DNA from: an uncultured cyanobacterium
GTDB lineage: Bacteria; Cyanobacteriota; Cyanobacteriia; CAKZMO01
Direction: 5' to 3'
Assembly (NCBI GenBank): GCA_963719515.1
Contig: CAVRCJ010000007.1
Location: forward strand, 1-64,000
DNA: 64,000 bases
A model generated the notes under the pieces. It was not told where the DNA came from. It saw nothing but the letters and a program-made list of their open reading frames with translations, and made no database searches. Position 1 is the first letter of the stretch. Each line of letters starts with the position of its first letter. This document shows, one piece after another, positions 28,240-39,765 of this stretch. A program made the position numbers and the translations under genes.

Positions 28240-30207
28240 CTATTGCTCATCGTCGTAAAACCGATAGAAAAAATACGAATCCTGAAACAGCTGCTCATCC
28301 GCCACGTGACGAATCACCCCTCGGTCCATCAGCATCTGGCCAATGTCCACTGCCCCCTGCTCCGACACCCCCTGGGTACGCATCAACCAGTCCACTGCCT
28401 CACAGCCCAAAAAGCTCTGCTCATAGAGCCGCAGCCGATAAAAGCGGTCCTTAATTTCTATTCCATTTTTCCCCCGCATCTCCGCCATGAGGGCATCGAC
28501 ATCGATCGCCGTCAGGCTCTCCTCCAGTCGCGGCTGCGAAATCAGCGCGTTCTGCTCTGCCGGGGTCTGGCCATCAGTCGGCGCGTTCAGCGCTTGGCCG
28601 CTGGCGTTATACAGCCGGGGGGTCGACGACGTCTCTTCCGGATTCCCGTGGTCTGCGCTCCACTGATCCACCAAATGCTCCAGCTTGGGCGATCGCACGT
28701 GGATATCCTGCTGCTGGTGGGGAATGCGGATGCCGTAGCGCTGGAACCGCTTCACGACCAGGTACTGGAGGTCGCTTTTGAGTAAAAATTGGTCTTTGGG
28801 GTCGCGGGTGGCCACAATCATCCGCAGATGCAGGGCGCTCTCCCCCAGCTCGGTGAAGATCACTAGCGGTTGCGGATGGCTCAGGACGGATTTGTGGTGC
28901 TTCGCGATATCGAGCAGCACCTGCCGCACTTGATCTAAGTCCGCCTCGAAGGTCACTCGAATAGTTACGGCGACCCGCACCACCCGCTGACCGTAGCTCC
29001 AGTTAACCAGCTGTTTGTTAAGCAGCTCGGCGTTGGGGATAAAAATGGCCACCTGGTCTAACCGCCGAATTTGGGTGCTGCGGGGACCGACATGCTCCAC
29101 AATGCCAAACAGCCCGTCCAAATCGATGAAGTCCCCCGCCTGAACAGGCCGCTCTAGCAGCAGCACGACGCCGCTAACAAAATTATTGGCCAAATCCTGC
29201 AGCCCAAAGCCAATCCCCACCCCCAACACGCTGGCGACGATGGTCAGTGAGCTGATGTCGATGCCCCAAGCCTGCAGCAGCCCAAGGCTACCGATAACGG
29301 TGAGGCCGTACTGCGCTAGGGTAGCGATCACTTCTTGGGTGCCCTGTGGTACCCCCGTCAGCCTCAAAATGCGGGCCTTGACCCCTCGTACCACCGCCCG
29401 CACCCCCAGCCACAGCAGCAAAATCAGCCCGACCAAAATCAGCAGATCCGCTAGGGAATAGGTCTGCTCTGCAAGACGAAAAGCGGGAAACCAGAGGCTG
29501 GTTTTGAGCAGGTACCACCCCTGGTAGCGCCACTGGCGAATGACGGGAAACAGCGCCGTGCCGTAAGCCGCCACCCCTAGCCACAGCAGCAGCCGGCCCG
29601 TTAGCCCGAGGAGCACAAGCCGCGATCGCCGCCGCTGCAGCACAGGAGACTGGCGGGAGGGGGAGCGGTGATAGCGAGCCAGCAGGCCGTCGACCAGCCG
29701 CAGCGATAAGACGTGAAGGAGAAGGGCGATCGCGGCGAGGCTTCCGAGTCGAATGGCAGCCCCCCGAAGATAGTCAGAGGTCCGCTCTACCAGCGCTTGC
29801 CTTAGGACCGGCTCAATGCTGTCTTTCCAGGCCTCTGCCCGCTCTTCTGGAGGCTCTCCCGGCACCACGTCGCTTTCGGTTACCGTCAGCAGCTGCCGTT
29901 GGTTGAGCCGCAGGGTCACAAAGCCACCTCGCTCTAGCACCCTCACGCTGACCGATTTAGGGCGGGGGCGCAGCATATCACGAATCACTTGGTTGGCCTG
30001 GGCGGCTCGCTCCTCAGCGGTAAACCCCTCAATGCTGCCCACAGAAAACTGCGATCGCCCGTCGACCACCACCGTGGCCCGAGTCGAGTCGAGGTTAACA
30101 AATCGGGTCGTAGGCTGGGCGATCGCGGGGAGAGAAAGTCCTATGGCAAAGAAAATCAGTGCGCTTACGCTGCACAGTCGCCTAAGCATGAGCCTAGCGT
30201 CAATCAT
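28240..30207 (-). CDS. MscS-family mechanosensitive channel with C-terminal DEP domain
   Basis: GVGIGFGLQDLANNFVSG, FIPNAEL; C-terminal IKDRFYRLRLYEQSFLGCEAVDWL..GQMLMDRGVIRHV..FQDSYFFYRF. Confidence 0.9.
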   Translation of the reverse strand: MIDARLMLRRLCSVSALIFFAIGLSLPAIAQPTTRFVNLDSTRATVVVDGRSQFSVGSIEGFTAEERAAQANQVIRDMLRPRPKSVSVRVLERGGFVTLRLNQRQLLTVTESDVVPGEPPEERAEAWKDSIEPVLRQALVERTSDYLRGAAIRLGSLAAIALLLHVLSLRLVDGLLARYHRSPSRQSPVLQRRRSRLVLLGLTGRLLLWLGVAAYGTALFPVIRQWRYQGWYLLKTSLWFPAFRLAEQTYSLADLLILVGLILLLWLGVRAVVRGVKARILRLTGVPQGTQEVIATLAQYGLTVIGSLGLLQAWGIDISSLTIVASVLGVGIGFGLQDLANNFVSGVVLLLERPVQAGDFIDLDGLFGIVEHVGPRSTQIRRLDQVAIFIPNAELLNKQLVNWSYGQRVVRVAVTIRVTFEADLDQVRQVLLDIAKHHKSVLSHPQPLVIFTELGESALHLRMIVATRDPKDQFLLKSDLQYLVVKRFQRYGIRIPHQQQDIHVRSPKLEHLVDQWSADHGNPEETSSTPRLYNASGQALNAPTDGQTPAEQNALISQPRLEESLTAIDVDALMAEMRGKNGIEIKDRFYRLRLYEQSFLGCEAVDWLMRTQGVSEQGAVDIGQMLMDRGVIRHVADEQLFQDSYFFYRFYDDEQ

Positions 30208-30393
30208 GGATACATTCCGTAGTCTGCTGAGACGGTCACTGGCGCTGCCATGCTATCCCAGAGTTAACGGCCATGAATGAGCAACAGCTGAACGTCGGGT
30301 TCGTGGCGGTTCAGCGGCGCTTTAACTCACTAACCAAAACGTCTTCTGTTTGTTTCAAGTATTTGTCTTGGATGGGAGAGAAATCAGAAGAGA

Positions 30394-31438
30394 CTAAAGG
30401 GTCTCGTGAACAACGACTTGCTTACTGCTGAGCAGCGCCGGCAAATCCAAAACGTACAGGCTCTGAGCACTGTACGACGCCACCCCTTGAAGGTGGTCTC
30501 GATTAAACGAGCAAAGATGGGTCTCCGCTTTTTTGAGCGCTTGAGAATCAACAGAAAACATGGCATCGTGAACTGCTTCCACGAGCACAGCAACAGCTGT
30601 ATCCTCAGACTCAACGACGACCGCCTTAGGCAGTCTGGAAAGGGCCTTCACGGGTAATCCCAGAGGTCCACAGAGATCCAAAACGGTCAGCACTTCACCC
30701 CGCAGATTGATATTACCGACAACGTGAGGTGGGCAGCAGGGAACGGGCATCGCTTGGCGAACTGTAATGAACTCCTGCACCAGCTGTGAGTCAAGGCCAA
30801 AGAGCCGACCCCCAATCCTCACCACCGCTAGGCTTTTCGACTGCCTCAACTGCTTCACTCTCATCAAGCGATCGCCTCAGCGCTTCGGCCCGCTGGCGAA
30901 GCACGATTTGATCCTCGGAGGAGAAAGTCGCGCCGAGTGAGGCCTCGCTATCCTCGCCGTGAATCTTACCAATCAGAAAGCTCGTCACCGATACCACCTG
31001 CTGCAGGCTGCTCACGTTCAGCCAGTGCTGGGGCTCTTTCAAGACGAGACAGCTGTCTTCTAAAACTACACCGGCCAGCATATCCCTGGCCTCGGGGCCA
31101 AACAGATCTCGATGCTCAGCAAGGTTGGTCGCGATCGCCTCTGGGTCAAGCTCTCTTATCCCTTGGGCTGCGCTGACAATCACGCCAACCTTTAAGTCGG
31201 CATGGGTGATTACCAGCAGACTATCGGTGACCTGATAGCGACGGGGGGAATCGGCGGCGACAAGCTTGAGATCTAAGACGGGCAAAATTTCTCCGCGAAG
31301 ATCCACCACGCCAATAATCCCCAAAGGAGCGTCAGGAAGCAGCGTCAGCTCGGGCAGTGCCAGAACCTCTCCCACATGGACGGCAGCGATCGCGGCGAGC
31401 TGCTGATCAATCCGAAAGAGAAAGTAGGGCTGTGCCAT
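30394..31438 (-). pseudogene. cheW: double-domain CheW split by a +1 frameshift at ~30845 (may be a sequencing error)
   Basis: Two CheW cores (GVVDLRGEILPVLDL; GNINLRGEVLTVLDL); removing one G from GAGGCAG joins them. Confidence 0.8.
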
Positions 31439-31445
31439 GGGTCAC

Positions 31446-32555
31446 CTATTCAGCTATTTTTGAATTCTGTTCAATTTGGGCGATTAGCTCAGCGGCGGTC
31501 AGGTTTCCCAACCTGGGAATCCGCATGTCCGCCGGAAGCTGCTTCAGCAGCCCTAGCGCTGACTGCTGCATTTTGGTATTGCTGCCTTCAAACTGCTGCT
31601 CTAACGGGCGGGCATCTTTCTCCTTTGAGGCAGCCCTGCGGTAAGGAATTCGACCGGCGGGCGATGCTTGAGGCGATCGCATCGAGCGTTCCGGAATGGG
31701 CCGGTAGGCGATCGAGTCATCAAACATTTTGACTTGAAACTGGCTAAGATTTTGGCTGTGTAGCTCCGCATGGCCGACGATAAGATAGCCGCAGCGATCC
31801 AGCGCGTCGTAAAATTTGCTCAGCACCTGCTTGATGGCGACGTCGCTGAAGTAGATGAATACGTTACGACAGAGCACTAAGTCCATATGGGCTACAGGAA
31901 ATGGCAAAGCGTCGAAGTCATCCGTCAGCAGGTTCACGGTTTGAAACTTCACCATATTCTTGATATCGGGCGCAATATGCAGTAGGCCGTTTTTCTCGTC
32001 AAAAAACTGCTGCTTTATCTCTGGAGGCACCCCTCTGAAAGACCAGGGGCGGTAAATTCCGGCCTGAGCTTTTTCAACTGCGGCTGAGTTAATATCAATG
32101 CCGATGACGGTAATATTCCACTGCTGAATGTCAGGCAGAATGTCGCTCAGCAGCATCGCAATAGAGTAGGGCTCCTCCCCGGTAGAGCATCCCGCGCTAC
32201 AGATGCGCAGCGTCTTTCCCCGCTGGTTTTGCTGAATTAGGTCTGGAAGAATGTCATTTCTCAGCAGCTTAAACTGCCCTTTATCCCGAAAGAAGAAGCT
32301 TTCGGAATTTGTAATTTCAGCAATAAAGTCTTTCCACTCTTCGCGGCTAGATTCGCTGTCGGCCTCTAGAAGTTCATAATAATTTTCGGAGAAAGGCAGG
32401 CCGACAGCCTGACGCCGACCGGCGACGAGGCGCTCAAAGGTTTCCTGATCGTTTTCTCTAATTTTTATACCGGTACGCGCAGCAATTAGTTGAGCAAACG
32501 CCTGCTTTAGCCCTGGGCTCAGCGGTTCCACCCGCGATACGTTACGCTTCACCAT
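31446..32555 (-). CDS. cheR: chemotaxis methyltransferase CheR
   Basis: TNSESFFFRD, SAGCSTGEEPYS, LCRNVFIYF. Confidence 0.95.
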   Translation of the reverse strand: MVKRNVSRVEPLSPGLKQAFAQLIAARTGIKIRENDQETFERLVAGRRQAVGLPFSENYYELLEADSESSREEWKDFIAEITNSESFFFRDKGQFKLLRNDILPDLIQQNQRGKTLRICSAGCSTGEEPYSIAMLLSDILPDIQQWNITVIGIDINSAAVEKAQAGIYRPWSFRGVPPEIKQQFFDEKNGLLHIAPDIKNMVKFQTVNLLTDDFDALPFPVAHMDLVLCRNVFIYFSDVAIKQVLSKFYDALDRCGYLIVGHAELHSQNLSQFQVKMFDDSIAYRPIPERSMRSPQASPAGRIPYRRAASKEKDARPLEQQFEGSNTKMQQSALGLLKQLPADMRIPRLGNLTAAELIAQIEQNSKIAE

Positions 32556-32576
32556 AATGACAAAATATATAAACGA

Positions 32577-33653
32577 TTAGATTGAGCGGAGTGCCGGACG
32601 CTCAACCGCCTTTAGCAAGGTCGGCGCGATTTTTTGGATGGGCAAAATGTGCTGGGCCGCGCCTGAGGCGATCGCCTCCTTGGGCATGCCAAACACCACC
32701 GAAGTCGCCTCGTCTTGAGCGATCGTCAGCCCCCCGGCCTCAGCAATCTTCTTCAGCCCATCAGCGCCATCGCGCCCCATGCCGGTGAGCAAAATTCCCA
32801 CCGACCGACGACCATAAAACTGAGCCACGGCGGAAAATGTGGCCGTCACCGAGGGCCGATGGCCGTCGACGGGCGGCAGCAGGGAATAGGTCAATCGACC
32901 CCGCGAGTCGATCTCAAGGTGCTGACGCTCTGGGGGAAAGTAGATGTGGCCGGGCGCCGGCCTTTCCCCGTCTTGAGCAATTTTTATCGGCAGGGCGCAG
33001 GTGGCGGAGAGCCAGTCGATGAGACCCTGAAGAAAGCCTAAGCTAATGTGCTGGACACAAACAATCGGCAGGGGGAAATCGGCGGGCAGGGGCGAAAACA
33101 GCTCTTGCAGGGCGATAGGACCGCCCGTAGACGCCCCAACAGCAACGATTTTGGGGTTGCGGCGGACCACCGAGGTCGCTACGCTCGCTGGGGCAGCGGT
33201 CAGGCGCGATGACCGCTTTGGGAGCGCTGGGCGCGATCGCTTTTTAAACACCCGCACGCCAGACAAAATTTTGACTTTATCGATCAGCGCTTGCCTGAGC
33301 TGTAAATCCTCAAGGTCTAGGCCCACCCTGGGCTTGGGCAGGATGTCTACGGCCCCTGCTTCTAGCAGCCGAAAGATGCGGTGGGTATCTTCCTCCTGCA
33401 CGGAGGCGCTGATCACCAAAATGGGAAGCGGGCAGTTCGCCATCACCTGCGACGTCAGCTGTAGGCCATCCATCTCGGGCATAAAGAAGTCAGTGCAAAG
33501 CACGTCGGGCTGCGCTGTCGGAATCAGCGCTAAGGCTTCGACCCCGGTTGAAGCCGTTCCGACGATTTCAATCTCGGGGGATGAGTCCAGTATTCTTTTG
33601 AGAACGGTGAGCGCGATGGGTGAATCTTCAACGAGAAGGACGCGAATCGACAT
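32577..33653 (-). CDS. cheB: chemotaxis methylesterase CheB (REC + esterase)
   Basis: REC domain; GASTGGP, VQHI, HRPSV, LTGMGRDGA. Confidence 0.95.
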   Translation of the reverse strand: MSIRVLLVEDSPIALTVLKRILDSSPEIEIVGTASTGVEALALIPTAQPDVLCTDFFMPEMDGLQLTSQVMANCPLPILVISASVQEEDTHRIFRLLEAGAVDILPKPRVGLDLEDLQLRQALIDKVKILSGVRVFKKRSRPALPKRSSRLTAAPASVATSVVRRNPKIVAVGASTGGPIALQELFSPLPADFPLPIVCVQHISLGFLQGLIDWLSATCALPIKIAQDGERPAPGHIYFPPERQHLEIDSRGRLTYSLLPPVDGHRPSVTATFSAVAQFYGRRSVGILLTGMGRDGADGLKKIAEAGGLTIAQDEATSVVFGMPKEAIASGAAQHILPIQKIAPTLLKAVERPALRSI

Positions 33654-33708
33654 GGGCTATCCAAGGTTAGGGTTTGACGAGCTAAGGCCAGCGCTATACG
33701 ATCAAGCG

Positions 33709-36700
33709 CTATATGATCAGCCGCTCTAGGGTTTCTAAAAGCGCCTCCTGATTAAACCGGCCCTTGATGATGTAGCCGTTTGCCCCCGCGTCCGCGCCTC
33801 GCCTGCGGTCCTCATCAGAATCCAGCGTCGTCACCAGCACAATGGGAATGTTGTCATACTCCCGATGCTGACGAATGCGAGCCACCAAAGAGAAGCCATC
33901 TAGATGGGGCATTTCCACGTCGGAGACCACCGCATCGAACTCGCGCATTCTGAGCTTTTCGTAGCCCTCTAGGCCGTGGACTGCGGTAACCACCTCGTAC
34001 CCGGCCCCCTCGAACAGGCGCTTTTCCTGAATCCTCACGGGCGGTGAGTCTTCTACGAGCAAAATCGTGGGTTTGGCTCGCGGAACCGGCCGTGGCGCAG
34101 TCGTCAAGAACGGGCGCTGCCGCTGCAGCGATTTGACCAAATCTGAGGGATTGAGGATCATGCACACCTCCCCAGTTCCCAAGAGGGTCGAGCCGCTGAC
34201 GTTGCGCACCCGCTTGAGCACCGAGCCTGAGGGTTTAACCACGACCTCCTGCTGGGTAATGAGCCGGTCTACAAAGAATCCGGCCTGCGCTTCCCCGAGC
34301 TTAAGCAAGACGCAGGGACGGCGATCGCTTGGGGCGGGCGGCTGGGCCACCTGAGCGTAGAGGGGAGAGCGGGAGAGCTCTAGGACGTCCCCTAAGTCTG
34401 CAACGGGTACAGTCTCCTCCCCCACGACGATGGTGTCTCGGCCATCGACCGATACCACCTGATCCGCAGAGACCAGCAGCGACATCTGCAGAAACTCGAT
34501 GGGTAGGGCAAACGTAATCCCCTGGACCTCCACGAAAATGACGTTGGCCGTACTCAGGGCCGTACTCAGCTGCAGCCGGAAGGTGCAGCCTTCACCGGGG
34601 GTAGAGTCGATCTGAATGCCCCCTTTCAGTCGCTCCACCTGGGTGCGCAGGACATCTAACCCCACGCCCCTGCCGGAGACTTCGGTGATAAAGGTGCGCG
34701 TCGAGAATCCCGGCGCTAGGACAAGCTGCTGAATTTGACTGGTGGTCATCTGCTCTAGATCTTCTCCGGTGTGGAGCCCCCGCTTGATGGCGGTGCGCTT
34801 GATGCGCTCCATATCCAGCCCTCGACCGTCGTCCGTGATTTCGAGGGTGAGGCTGATGGCGGTTTGGTAAGCCTTAACCCGCAGGGTCGCGGTGGCAGGC
34901 TTACCGGCAGCTATCCGCTCATCTGGCGTCTCAATGCCGTGGTCTACCGCATTTCGCACGAGGTGCATCAGAGAGTCCCTGATGCCCTCCAGCAGGCGTT
35001 TATCAGCGGTAACTCCCTCCCCCTCCAGCACCAGCTCCACGTCCTTAGACTGCTGCTTAGCCAGGTCGCGCACCAGTCGGGGCAGCGGCTGAAATAGGGT
35101 CGAGATGGGCAGCAGCTGCAGCTGGCGAACGCGATCGCGGATGTCCTCTGCAACGACGTTCAGCTTGCTGCTGTTCTCCTGCACCGTCAGCCGCAGCGAT
35201 CGCAGCAGGGTTTCCATCTGCTCTTCGTAGGAGGGGGCTGAGGCATCGAGAGGCTTTTGGCCCGTCTGCCACTCGTCCCAGAGGGCAATCAGCTGCTGGG
35301 CTTGGGTAGAGGACTGGGCTAGCTGAATCCGGGTGACGGCTAGCTCCTCCGCCTGGGAGGTCAGGGCGTCTAGGTCCTTCGTTTTGACCCGGATAGAGTC
35401 GACTTGAGGACTGTCCTCTCGGGGAGCCGGCGTCTCCTGCGGCCCAGGCTCAACCGGCGACCGCACTAGAGCGTCCTGCAGCACGGGAGAGGGCGGCACT
35501 AGCGCCCTGAGGGCCCCAGCCAGCTGGTCGATATCGACCCCAGCCGCAGTCCCCGCCACGGCTTCTTGAACCAACAGCCCAACGGCGTCTAGGCTCCGGT
35601 AAAGGGCATCGCTGACCGACCGTGTCGAGGGCGATCGCCTGCTGCTGAATCCCCACCAGCACGTCCTCCACGGCGTGAGCGATCGCCTCTACCGAATCCA
35701 CCCCAGTGCTTCTGGAATCCCCTTTCAGGCTGTGAGCTTCCCGCATGAGGACGGCCAGGGTGGCCTCGTCCTGAGGATTCTTTTCGAGGTAGAGCAGCTG
35801 GGCTTCTAGGGTCTGCAGCCGCTCTTCACTGGTGGTGCGGTAAATTTCCCGCAGCTCTGCATCTTCGATGGTGACGGGCTGCGCAGGCAGATTGGCGGCG
35901 GGAAGCAGGGCCGCTTCATCTTTTGCCGGAGCGATCGCTTCGATATCGGCCGCTGTTTCCGTCTCGGCATCAGTCGCTAGCTCTGCAGCAGCCATCTCCT
36001 GCAGCGTTTCATGCACCAGCAAGAGATCGACCCCGCTGGGCTCACCCGATACAGCCTCATCAACCAGCTGGCCAATCGCGGCCAAACCGTAGCTCAGCCC
36101 CTCCCCCATCAAAGGGGTAAACAGGGTCGGCTGCAGCTGCACCAGTTTGACCGTGTCTTCAATGCTCTGAACCAGGTCCGCCAAGTCGTCTAAGCCCACC
36201 ATCCTAGAATCGCCTTTGAGGCTGTGGGTTTCCCGCCGCAGCGTCTCTAGGACATCGGCGTCGACAGTTCCCAGCATCAGCACGCCCAAACTCACCGAGA
36301 GAGACCGCAGTCGGCCTTCGCTGGTGCTGCGGTAGATTTCCCGCAGCTCTTCGTCGTCAATGTAGAGATCGGATGTCGGGCGGGGGCGGGCGCGGGCTGT
36401 CCCGACAGCGGGCTGCTGAGCAAAGCCAGCATAGCGTCAATATCGACGTCCCCCACTTCTCCCGTCGCCGCCTCGTGGAGCAGTTCGCCGGTGGCCTGGA
36501 GACCCTGATAGAGGCGATCGCCCACGGCTTCCGTGAAGGTTGCCTCACCCTGCTGCAGGGCTCTGACAATGTCCTCGATCTGCTGAGTGAGGCGGGCGAT
36601 CGCCTCTAGCCCCATCACTTTAGAATCGCCTTTGAGGCTGTGGATCTCTCGCCGCAATTCCTCAAGAACGGCCTGATCGCCGGGCCACTGCTCTAGGTGC

Positions 36701-36783
36701 AAGAGCCCCATCTGGAGATTTTGAAGTCGCTCTAGGCCTGTGGTCTGGTAGAGATCACGCAGCTCTTCATCTTGAATCATCAT
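33709..36783 (-). pseudogene. cheA: hybrid CheA (3x Hpt, HATPase, CheW, REC) split by two frameshifts (may be sequencing errors)
   Basis: Three HSLKGDS motifs; HLVRNAVDHGIE, SGRGVGLDV, C-terminal REC; -1 shift at ~36378 and +1 shift at ~35620. Confidence 0.85.
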
Positions 36784-36854
36784 GGTGGGGGTCGCTGTTT
36801 ACGCCGGTCAGAAATGCGGTGTGGCCAGGCCTCAGAATGGGCGCAGCGTCGGGG

Positions 36855-38753
36855 CTAAACCATCTGCTGTAGCACTAGGGCCGCGTCGTTGAGCTGCTCG
36901 GTGCCCACTTTGGACTGGTTTAGACCGGTGGCCGTTTCCTTCGCGCCTCGGTCGATTACTTCCATCGCGTCCACCACCTGCTGAATGGCGTCCACCTGCT
37001 GCTTCAGGTTCAAAGACACCTGCTGGTTGTTTAAGACCACCTGGTTGACCGATTCCTTAATCTCACCGAAGGCCGTCTCCGTCTGCTTAGCAATTTCGAC
37101 GCCCGCTTTCACGGTTTTGGTTCCCTCTTCCGTCACCATCACCGTTTCGTTGATGGCCTTTTGGATGTTAGACACCAAGGCGTTGATCTTGTCGGCAGAC
37201 TGCTGGCTTTGGTCTGCAAGCTTGCGAATTTCGTTAGCGACTACCGCAAAGCCTTTGCCGTGCTCTCCTGCCCGCACCGCCTCTACGGAAGAGTTGAGGG
37301 CCAACATGTTAGTTTGGTTGGCAAAGTCAATTACCAGCTGAGAAATATTGCCGATTTGACTCGCTTGACTGCTGAGATCCACCACCTGCTCAGCAATCAC
37401 TTCCACATTCTTCTGCAGCGCCTGCATGCGCTCTAGGCTTTGGTTTACGGCCAGTGAGCCTTGGTCGGAGGCGGCAAACGCCCGCTTGGCGGCTTCCACG
37501 GCGGCAGCGGCCTGTTCTGACGCATGGCGAGAGGAGGCCTCTAGCTCGTCCATGGTGGTGGTGGTCTCACTCACCGAAGCAGCCTGCTGGCTAGCCACGC
37601 GCTCTTGCTCGGCGATGGTGGTGGCCATCTCCTGGCTAGAGGTGGAGATGTTAGTGGCCAGGTTTTCCATCAGAGCCACCAGCTGTCGCCCCCGCAAAAC
37701 GGCGATGGGGATACCGACCGCGAGGCACAAAAACACCGCTAACCCAGACAGCAGCTCGAATTTCTTTACCGAAGAATACACCACGCCTTTGGGCACTTCG
37801 GCGATCGCCACCAGTGAGCTAGGGTGCTCTGGGTCAGGCACAAACTTGTGGTGGGAGAGCAGGTGACTGCCAGTGTCGACCACGCCGACTTCGGTTGTCA
37901 AGATTTCGTCCACAACCTCCGGGGAGAAGTCATTCGCGAGGGTTTCTTCTTTACCCAGCTCGAAGCCCCAGGTTTTTTCGAGGTCGGGGTGATAGATGTA
38001 GTACCCATCCTGGTTAACAAGAATCAAATCCTCGTTGCTGTGCAAGTCATCGGTCTCGCGAATTTGAGAGAACTGGTCTATCAACGGCTGAGCAAATACG
38101 TTGGCGATAACAATCCCCCGCTTTTGACCGGAAGAGTCTGTAACGGTGGTGGCGTAGCGGATCACTGGCGTGGGGGGATCTTGAATTTCATCTTCCATGC
38201 GATTCAGCTCTACGGGCGAGATGTAGACATTTCCAACCTCCATCTTCATCGTCTCGATAAAATACTCAGAATTGGACTTATTTTCCAACTGAGAACCAGA
38301 GTCGACGTTAATTTCACTCCCGTTCGAGGTTACCCGCACCAGCTCTTGGCCTGATGCATCGATGTAGCGCAGCTGCATATAGACGGGCTTTTCAACCATC
38401 ATCTCTTTAAACAGAAGCTCTAGCTGACTGCCCCACTGCTCAGAAGATAAATTACCCTCAGGGTCTGCGCCGCCACTATTCTCTGCCCGAATAATGCCTC
38501 GAACCTCAGGCAGCTTGCTCAAAAACAGCACGTCGCTGCTGACGCCATCTAGAAAACTGTCGAATTCTTCAACCTTGTCGTCTACTTCTTCTTGAAGCGT
38601 AGCGGTTGCGATATTTGATAGGGAGCTTGACGCAGAGAATACGCCAGCCAAGCCGACTAAAGCGGCAGGAATAGCGGCGCTGAGCACAACCAGCAGCAAA
38701 AACTGCTGCTGAATTCTTAGGGTCTTGAGACCGTTAGTAAGCTTAGATAACAT
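36855..38753 (-). CDS. methyl-accepting chemotaxis protein with Cache sensor
   Basis: Two TM segments, Cache-like periplasmic domain, QTNMLALNSSVEAVRAGEHGKGFAVVANEIRKLA. Confidence 0.95.
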   Translation of the reverse strand: MLSKLTNGLKTLRIQQQFLLLVVLSAAIPAALVGLAGVFSASSSLSNIATATLQEEVDDKVEEFDSFLDGVSSDVLFLSKLPEVRGIIRAENSGGADPEGNLSSEQWGSQLELLFKEMMVEKPVYMQLRYIDASGQELVRVTSNGSEINVDSGSQLENKSNSEYFIETMKMEVGNVYISPVELNRMEDEIQDPPTPVIRYATTVTDSSGQKRGIVIANVFAQPLIDQFSQIRETDDLHSNEDLILVNQDGYYIYHPDLEKTWGFELGKEETLANDFSPEVVDEILTTEVGVVDTGSHLLSHHKFVPDPEHPSSLVAIAEVPKGVVYSSVKKFELLSGLAVFLCLAVGIPIAVLRGRQLVALMENLATNISTSSQEMATTIAEQERVASQQAASVSETTTTMDELEASSRHASEQAAAAVEAAKRAFAASDQGSLAVNQSLERMQALQKNVEVIAEQVVDLSSQASQIGNISQLVIDFANQTNMLALNSSVEAVRAGEHGKGFAVVANEIRKLADQSQQSADKINALVSNIQKAINETVMVTEEGTKTVKAGVEIAKQTETAFGEIKESVNQVVLNNQQVSLNLKQQVDAIQQVVDAMEVIDRGAKETATGLNQSKVGTEQLNDAALVLQQMV

Positions 38754-39174
38754 TGCAATAACCTGTAATAGCTAGTGAATTTATTGGATTTGAAGAACGC
38801 GTTCGTTCAGCTCTGAAAAGCGCTATGCGCAAATCCATTTGCGGTAAGAATCAAAGCTCTACTCTTGAGTACAAGCCGCGGCCCACAGCTTGTTTACGCA
38901 GATCGACGTCAGGCCTTAGGCGATAGAGAGTCAATCGAGAGTCACCATACAAAAATCAAAAAAAGCGCAGGACGAAAGCAAGTTGACTAAACAAGTTTTC
39001 TTATTCGTCATTGGTAAACAGAACTAGTTTACAAACCTTAACAGTGCTTTGCCGCAATTTTCTAGGCGCTGAATTAGAGCATTAATCTGGAACAATGCTG
39101 CAGAATAGTAAAGCGCTTTTCTCTATACTGCTCGCAGCTTACCGGTCGCGGTAGCCGATTGAACTAATCTTTAA

Positions 39175-39237
39175 AATTGCAATACTTGCAAATATTATAA
39201 AGAACAACAGTCCTTGGATAATTGCAATACTTGCAAA
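39175..39237. promoter_or_regulatory. pair of 18-bp direct repeats, putative operator
   Basis: AATTGCAATACTTGCAAA at 39175-39192 and 39220-39237; core TTGCAA-TAC-TTGCAA is dyad-symmetric. Confidence 0.55.
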
Positions 39238-39507
39238 CGTTAAGGAAAGGCAAACTATTAGGAACTTGTTTGTCTTTTCAAGATGATCAGTGTTAGGTTG
39301 TGGGTCAATAGACAACCCTCCAGCATCACCGTTTAAGTTGGGCGTCTCTTTAAAAGTTTTGATGGTGACGCTACCGTTAGATCAGACTCCAGCTCGCTCA
39401 CCGCTGTGCTGCATCGCCAACGCCCTGACGCAAGCTTTTTTGAACCGATACCTTTCGAACGTCTACAAACCTCAGGCGCTTTGAACCATCTTCAGGGCCC
39501 GTCTCTC

Positions 39508-39576
39508 TACAGCGATTCCCAATTGCGTGAGGTACGGATTTAGCCTCCGTACCTCACCAGCATTAGAAATGCTGTA
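39508..39576. repeat. short palindromic REP/MITE-like element
   Basis: TACAGC...GCTGTA ends enclosing the 12-bp stem GTGAGGTACGGA/TCCGTACCTCAC. Confidence 0.6.
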
Positions 39577-39765
39577 CAGCTGTAGTCCAATGCCGGGCTA
39601 GCTTCAAGAAGCTCAAGCTCGGTATGCGCTTCTAAACGAGTCTTCTACAAGCGCTAGGTTTGCTTTGGCTAGGGACTAAAGCTTTGGCGAGCGCTACCTA
39701 ACAAGTTTTCTGGGAAATACGCTACAAACTGCAGCTACGTTAAAGCCATTTAACATTTAATTCAA

